Assembly: GCA_002269645.1 (NCBI GenBank)
Contig: NIVC01000952.1
Span: forward strand, 551,220-615,219
DNA length: 64,000 nt
Reading direction: 5' to 3'
Source: Macrostomum lignano
Lineage: Eukaryota
Part shown: piece by piece, positions 60,491 to 64,000 of the stretch
Layout of the letters: the number at the start of each line of letters is the position of its first letter
Position numbering within the stretch: position 1 is the stretch's first letter
Made by a program: the position numbers and the translations under genes
Notes under the pieces: model-generated
The model's database searches: none
Told to the model about the DNA's origin: nothing
What the model saw: only the letters and a program-made list of their open reading frames with translations

Positions 60491-61309
60491 CTGCGGTGGA
60501 AATTGTTGGACAGCTGATTTCCCGGTGCATGCTAGCAAGCCGCCACTGACCAATCGGCCTTCGTTTTTCACTACAGGCAGGGGGCTGTGTGCACCTGGCG
60601 CACTTTAAGCGACATTAAGTCACACAACCGGCGAGAGGCAACTCGGCCCATTCCGCCGACTCCCCTGAGCGGCACACACTCACACAAGAGTGTACAGCTG
60701 CCCTAAATTTATTTACCGTTTTAGGTACGTAAACTTCACATGGGGGTTGGCCTTCAAGGCCGTTAATTGCACGAGCAGAGCCAAGCCGATATTCCAATTT
60801 ATCTGCAAATTAATGTGACTGCTCTTGGAATCGAGCCTGGGCTGCTGGCACATCAGAGTGCCGCGCCAGACCACTAGGCCACGGCCCTCTTTCTTGCAGC
60901 CTTCAAATTTTAAATCTTTTCAACACAGGAACTAAGAGTAAAAGGACGCTAGCCACGATGAGACTGATGGCACGATTTCGTGTCAAGCCAGCAAAGCCGC
61001 CCCCGACTGACGTCTGGCCCAGACCGGTGGATTAGAGCAGTCAAACTCTTTTCATGACTGCTTTTCTATACCAAAACACCCGTTCCCGACGGCTTGGTTC
61101 GATTTCGTGCCATAGAATTCTTTAGCTCAAGTTTTTAAGCTTGTGTACAAACTTCTTCCAGACTGAAGCAACTTTTCAAGCAGTCTTTGCCAAGTAGATT
61201 TTGACACACAGCCCTAGTGTTCCCACCGGTGCAGTCAAACTTGCCTTAAGCCTTATAGCTTTGTATTACTAGCAGCGTTGTACTTGGACGAGCGTAGTAT
61301 AAATTAAAT

Positions 61310-62990
61310 CATGAGATCTGAGTCTGATTCGGAGACCGAAAACGCGACAGAGCCCCAATAGTTACCGATGACGAGTCTCTGAGCGACTATGAAGAGCTGT
61401 ATCCGGACATACATGAGGAACAGAACCTTGTGGCTCCACCTGGCGATTGGGTGCTCGTACAAGAAGGGGCGGACAACAGGCCATCCCCAGCGCCCGACTT
61501 TCTCGGATCACCTGGAGTTCGACCCGACTGGCAGCCACCTAAAACTGCCGATGGAAACGAGTCGGCCTTCCTCAAGCTGTACCTGCCGGACGATATGTTT
61601 GAGAACCTACGCAGATGGACCAACAGCAAGGCATGGAATACGTATGAAGAGTGCGAGGCCGTCGAGGTTGTTCCAAAAATTATCATGAGCTGGAAAGACT
61701 GCACGGCCGACGAGATTCGCAAGGTGATCGGCATTATGCTTTTGATGGGTGTTGACAAGAAGCCAGAGCTGGCCCAATACTGGTCGGGTGATTCCGTGTA
61801 CTAATGCAACTTTCTGGCGCAACCGTTCTCTCTGTCAAGGGATCGATTCAAACAAATATTGCCCTGCTTGCGCTTCTACGACTCGGATCAACCCATCGGT
61901 GATGAGCCGTTGGCGAAGATGCGTCCCTTTCTGGAGCAAGTGCAGTTGTTGTGCAAGGAGAACTATATGCCCCGTCAGAAACTATCCGTGGATGAGACTC
62001 TGGTCCTCTACAAGGGCAGAGTCGAATTCAAGCAGTACATCCCTTCAAAGTGAAGCAAGTATGGCATAAAAATTTACTGCCTTTGCGAGGCCGAGACTGC
62101 CTACTTGTGGAACATTGCTGTCCATACTAACTGAGGCAAACCAGCAGTTTGGCAACGGGCTCGGTTGTCATGAGCTATCGATGAGCGAGAAAGTCGTGGC
62201 CGAGCTCTGTCGTGGTCTGTACCACTTCGGCCATCATGTCTTTACGGACAGTTGGTTTACATCTGCTCGGCTTGGGAAGTGGCTGCTGGAACGTGGCAAC
62301 CTGCTGACTGGCACTGTGCGTTCGGACCGAGATGTTCCCGCAATTTTTCGCGCCGTGAATCTGCACCCGACTCCATCAGCGTTTGCTCGCTCAGGTGACT
62401 TGCTTGCCTGCAAGTTTGTCGACAGGAAGCAGAGCGGCACGAAGGTTTTGTACCTGTTGGACACCGCAGGCACTGCTGTCTGCAATCAAGTCCAGCGCAC
62501 TCGTCGCGGCGGTGAAGTCCAGATGATCGCTAAACCAGCCGGCATCACTGCCTATGCTGCCAACATCACCTGTCGATCACCTGGACGCCTCGCTGCACCC
62601 GTACCTTGCGAACCGGAAAAGCCTTCGCTGGTTCCACAAGCTTGGGTTTCACCTGATGCTTGTGCTCGTTAGGAATGCTTGGGCTGCATGTGTACCGGCA
62701 GGCGGGCGGCACGAAGAACTTCCTGGGCTTTCTGCGCCTTGCCATCAGCAGTCTGGTAGGCGGCGTCGGACACTGCCTGGGGCAGCTGCTGCCGCGGCTG
62801 CTGGCGATGGTGAGCACTTACCGAGCAAGACACCCAGGCAAGGAGACCAGCCCAGGACTCGGAAACGGTGCGAGCGTGCTACGCCGCTGGGCAGACCAAA
62901 AGGACTGTCTTCGTCTGCGAGACCTGCCCAGGACTACCCGCCCTCTGCCCTGGCGTCTGCTTCAACCAGTGGCATGCGCAGAACGGGCAC
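61310..62990 (+). pseudogene. degraded piggyBac (PGBD4-like) transposase
   Basis: Acidic N-terminus, WTNSKA, EIRKVIGIMLLMG...YW, SVDET...YKGR..FKQYIPSK*SKYGIK, FTDSWF, LTGTVRSDR, VDHLD and a Cys-rich C-terminus (CETCPGLPALCPGVCF). Several stops and frameshifts. TTAA/TIR ends not found. Confidence 0.88.
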
Positions 62991-63074
62991 TGAACGGGCG
63001 CTTCGAATGGTTTCGCACAGTTTAAAATTATTTTTTATTTTAGAAGCAAACCAGAATATAAGAAAACTCTACAT

Positions 63075-63510
63075 TCAGGGAAGAGAGGAAAGAGGACAGA
63101 GGAGAAAGGAGAGATAAGTGATTAGGGAGGACAGAGGAGAATGGAGAGAGAAGAGAAAAAAGAAGAGAGGGAGAGAATATAGAAAAGACAATAGAGAAGA
63201 CAATAGAAGAGAGGAGAAAGGAAACAGAGGAGTCAGAAGAGGGGAAAGAAAAGAGTACAGAGGAGAGAGTTGAGAAGAGAGAAGAAGAGAAGAAGGGAGA
63301 GGAGAAGAGAGAGAAAAGAGTAGAGAGGAGAGAGGAAAGAAGAGAGGAGAGGAGAAACGAGAGAGAAGAGAGGAAACAGAAGAGAAGATAGAAGTTTCAA
63401 ATGATCCAAGGGACGTAGGGAGAGGCAGAGCAGAGGGTCAGAGTTCGCCAACAGACAGACAGACAGAAAGTGCTTTAGACAGATTGCCTGACATTCTGTG
63501 CAGCACCCTT
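63075..63510. repeat. GA-rich dispersed repeat related to 2050-2750
   Basis: Polypurine tract plus shared tail aagtttcaaa.gatc...ttgcct.acattctgtgcagca. Confidence 0.7.
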
Positions 63511-64000
63511 TAACTTTAACTTTAATTAACAGGTTTAGACTTGAGTTCTGGGCTTGACTATTTGTCTGCGAGTCAGCTTGTTATTGTTGACTGTGTTCAA
63601 CCTTAACGTGCACTTTCGTTAATGGCTTTCTGAATATTCTAAAAGCTTACTGTTTGAATTCAGTTAGGTGTCGTTGTAATGCTTATGTTCCTGAATCTTT
63701 CCTAAGCTTTTTCTGTATTTTTCATGAAAATGTGCATCTTAGCTCGTATGTTGTGGTTATCGGATTGTTTTTATAGTTGTTTTTTTTTACTCTGTTTCAC
63801 ACCCCTTATTGCATTCTCTCGAACTCTTGAACAGTCATACTGTTGCAACACCGGTATATCAGGTCAATCAACGCACGCTTGCTGGCTCGATTGGTTTTCA
63901 CATCATTTCACGTTTTCTTTTTATCAAATATATACACAATTCCCTATTATGTTCTGCTCTATCTGTTGAAAAAAAAATATTTGTGTCTTTCGACAAAAAA

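Noticed and set aside
60967-61112. 14-bp inverted repeat (atggcacgatttcg / cgatttcgtgccat) as piggyBac or MITE ends
   Set aside because: No TTAA or other TSD, and it does not flank the transposase.

Overview
This is eukaryotic (metazoan) genomic DNA with GC-rich exons and repeat-packed introns. That style is consistent with a free-living flatworm such as Macrostomum, which is an inference and not shown by the sequence. Host genes: (1) CHD1 chromatin remodeller, minus strand, 12 reconstructed exons, 12029-30844; (2) a PAF-acetylhydrolase (PAFAH2/PLA2G7 family) on the plus strand, head-to-head with CHD1, 6 exons, 33869-43034, with an intact Ser/Asp/His triad; (3) a class A GPCR on the minus strand with a 1-bp frameshift; (4) a GT-A glycosyltransferase of a type typical of fungi, microbes and giant viruses, whose ORF is split by a 1,032-bp TA...TA element with a 5-bp TSD. 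Mobile DNA: two head-to-tail non-autonomous Helitrons inside a CHD1 intronic satellite, each carrying a tRNA-Ser-like module and an internal 23-bp array; a degraded intron-containing Crypton-type tyrosine recombinase; a P/THAP9-like fragment; a Tc1 deletion derivative; two MITEs with 8-bp TSDs; a degraded piggyBac; and a 2,003-bp macrosatellite made of an RTE-type LINE fragment plus a 31-bp satellite. At least 15 distinct tandem repeats account for nearly all long ORFs in the track, and those ORFs are artefacts. No CRISPR, rRNA or functional tRNA was found.
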